A stretch of DNA of 64,000 nt, from NCBI RefSeq assembly GCF_044704955.1, contig NC_091993.1:117552001-117616000 (forward strand), written 5' to 3'. Source of the DNA: Pristiophorus japonicus (taxonomy: Eukaryota). The notes under the pieces are model-generated. The model searched no databases, was not told where the DNA came from, and saw only the letters and a list, made by a program, of their open reading frames with translations. Both the position numbers and the translations under genes were made by a program. Positions 62,497-64,000 of this stretch are shown here, piece after piece; within the stretch, counting starts at the first letter, position 1, and every line of letters starts with the position of its first letter.

Positions 62497-64000
62497 TGAT
62501 ACGTCCTTACTACACAATATAAATGCACACGAGGCCCATGCTTGAGAGAAGGTCAGTCTGTGACCTGTCCTTTATTCCTTAGCACTCAAGTGATGAAGGT
62601 GGGTGGAGCTTCCCCTTTTATACCTGAAGGTCCAGGTTAGGAGTGTCTCCCACCTAGTGGTCAGTGTTCTCACGGTGTATAACTTATGTCAGTTTATACA
62701 TGGGTTACAATGCTGGTTGAATACATGACATCACCTACCCCCCCAAAGTCTTATTGGGATCACAGGTTGAGTCTCTCTGGTGGTTTACGCTCCCTTGTAG
62801 AGCGCCTGAGTTGGGCGCAGGCCTGAGCGTCTGCTGTTTGCAGTGCCTCAGCCCTGTCCGGACTGCCCACAGTGACTGGGCTCTCCTCCCTTTGGTTCCG
62901 GTGTTCGGTCACCTGTGGTGGAGTGAACTCTATATCGTGTTCTTCCTCTGCTTCTTCTATGGGGTTGCTGAACCTCCTTTTTGTTTGATCCACATGTTTG
63001 CGGCAGATTTGTCCATTGGTAAGTTTAACTACCAGAATCCTATTTCCCTCTTTGGCAACCACAGTGCCTGCGAGCCATTTGGGCCCTGCAGCGTAGTTGA
63101 GGACAAAAACAGGATCATTTACATCAATACATCGCGCCCTCGCATTCCTGTCAATGGTAGTGATATTGTGACTGGCGTCTGCTCTCGACAATTTCTTTCA
63201 TGGTGGGGTGTATAAGGGATAATCGGGTTTTGAGCGTCCTTTTCATTAGTAGCTCTGCGGGTGGAACCCCTGTGAGCGAGTGTGGTCGGGTTCTATAGGC
63301 CAACAGGAGGCGTGATAAGCGGGTTTGTAGGGAACCCCCTTGGAATCTGAGCATCCCCTGTTTGATTATCTGCACTGCTCGTTCTGCCTGGCCGTTTGAG
63401 GCCGGCTTGAACGGTGCCATTCTAACATGGTTAATTCCATTGCCTGCCATGAAGTCTTGGAATTCAGTGCTTGTGAAGCACGGGCCAGTGTCGCTGACCA
63501 AGATGTCCGGTAGACCGTGGGCGGCGAACATTGCCCGTAGACTTTCAACCGTGGCAGAGGATGTGCTTGAATTTAAAATGTCACACTCGATCCATTTGGA
63601 GTAGGCGTCTACTACAACCAAAAACATTTTCCCCATGAAAGGACATGCGTAGTCCACATGGATACGTGACCAAGGCTTGGTGGACCATGGCCAGAGGCTA
63701 AGGGGGGCTTCTGTGGGCGCATGGCCCAGCTGGGCACACGTGTTGCACCTGCGAGCACAAAGTTCCAGATCTGCGTCTATCCCTGGCCACCAAACATGTG
63801 ACCTGGCAATCGCCTTCATCGTGACAATGCCCGGGTGCCCATTGTGGAGTTCTCTGATGAACACCTCTCTGCCCATCTGGGGCATGACTACGCGGTTTCC
63901 CCACAGTAGGCAATCGGCCTGAATCGAGAGTTCATCCTTGCGCCTGTGAAATGGTTTAAATTTCTCAGGGCATGCCCTGTACGTGGCTGCCCAGTCCCCA
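62497..64000 (-). mobile_element. Gypsy LTR retrotransposon 3' end: integrase, polypurine tract and 3' LTR (62497-62730)
   Basis: HNGHPG...HVWWPG...CNTC zinc-binding motif and integrase core (VDY, SDTG, QAERAV); purine tract GGGGGGGTAGGTGA on the - strand before the LTR; runs off the window. Confidence 0.9.

Overview
Eukaryotic, repeat-rich vertebrate DNA. The repeat set (CR1 LINEs with (ATAGAAAC)n-type tails, SacSINE1/DeuSINE-like SINEs, Harbinger derivatives, Gypsy elements) points to a cartilaginous fish, most likely a shark (inference). The window holds one complete host gene on the + strand, assembled by hand from GT-AG splice sites: a 7-exon type I immunoglobulin-superfamily receptor (16052-53288; 1266 nt CDS, 421 aa). 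It has a signal peptide, a CD300/pIgR-type V domain, a C2-type domain, a Ser/Thr stalk, a TM segment and a tail with ITIM/ITSM-like tyrosines, i.e. CMRF35/pIgR-like, resembling the elasmobranch MDIR receptors. Most of the rest is transposon-derived or low-complexity. The most unusual features are: (1) a 347-bp retroposed, rearranged U2 snRNA derivative with an A tail and target-site duplication about 510 bp upstream of the start codon, a candidate U2-derived SINE or a retrocopy of an unknown U2-variant RNA; (2) a near-perfect 146-bp inverted duplication bracketing the in-frame-skippable C2 exon; (3) Tx1-like LINE ends stacked repeatedly at one 16-bp site inside an LTR; (4) a ~6.3-kb sense-strand polypyrimidine tract in intron 1, split by a Gypsy element. 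No database searches were run, so all family names come from motif recognition.
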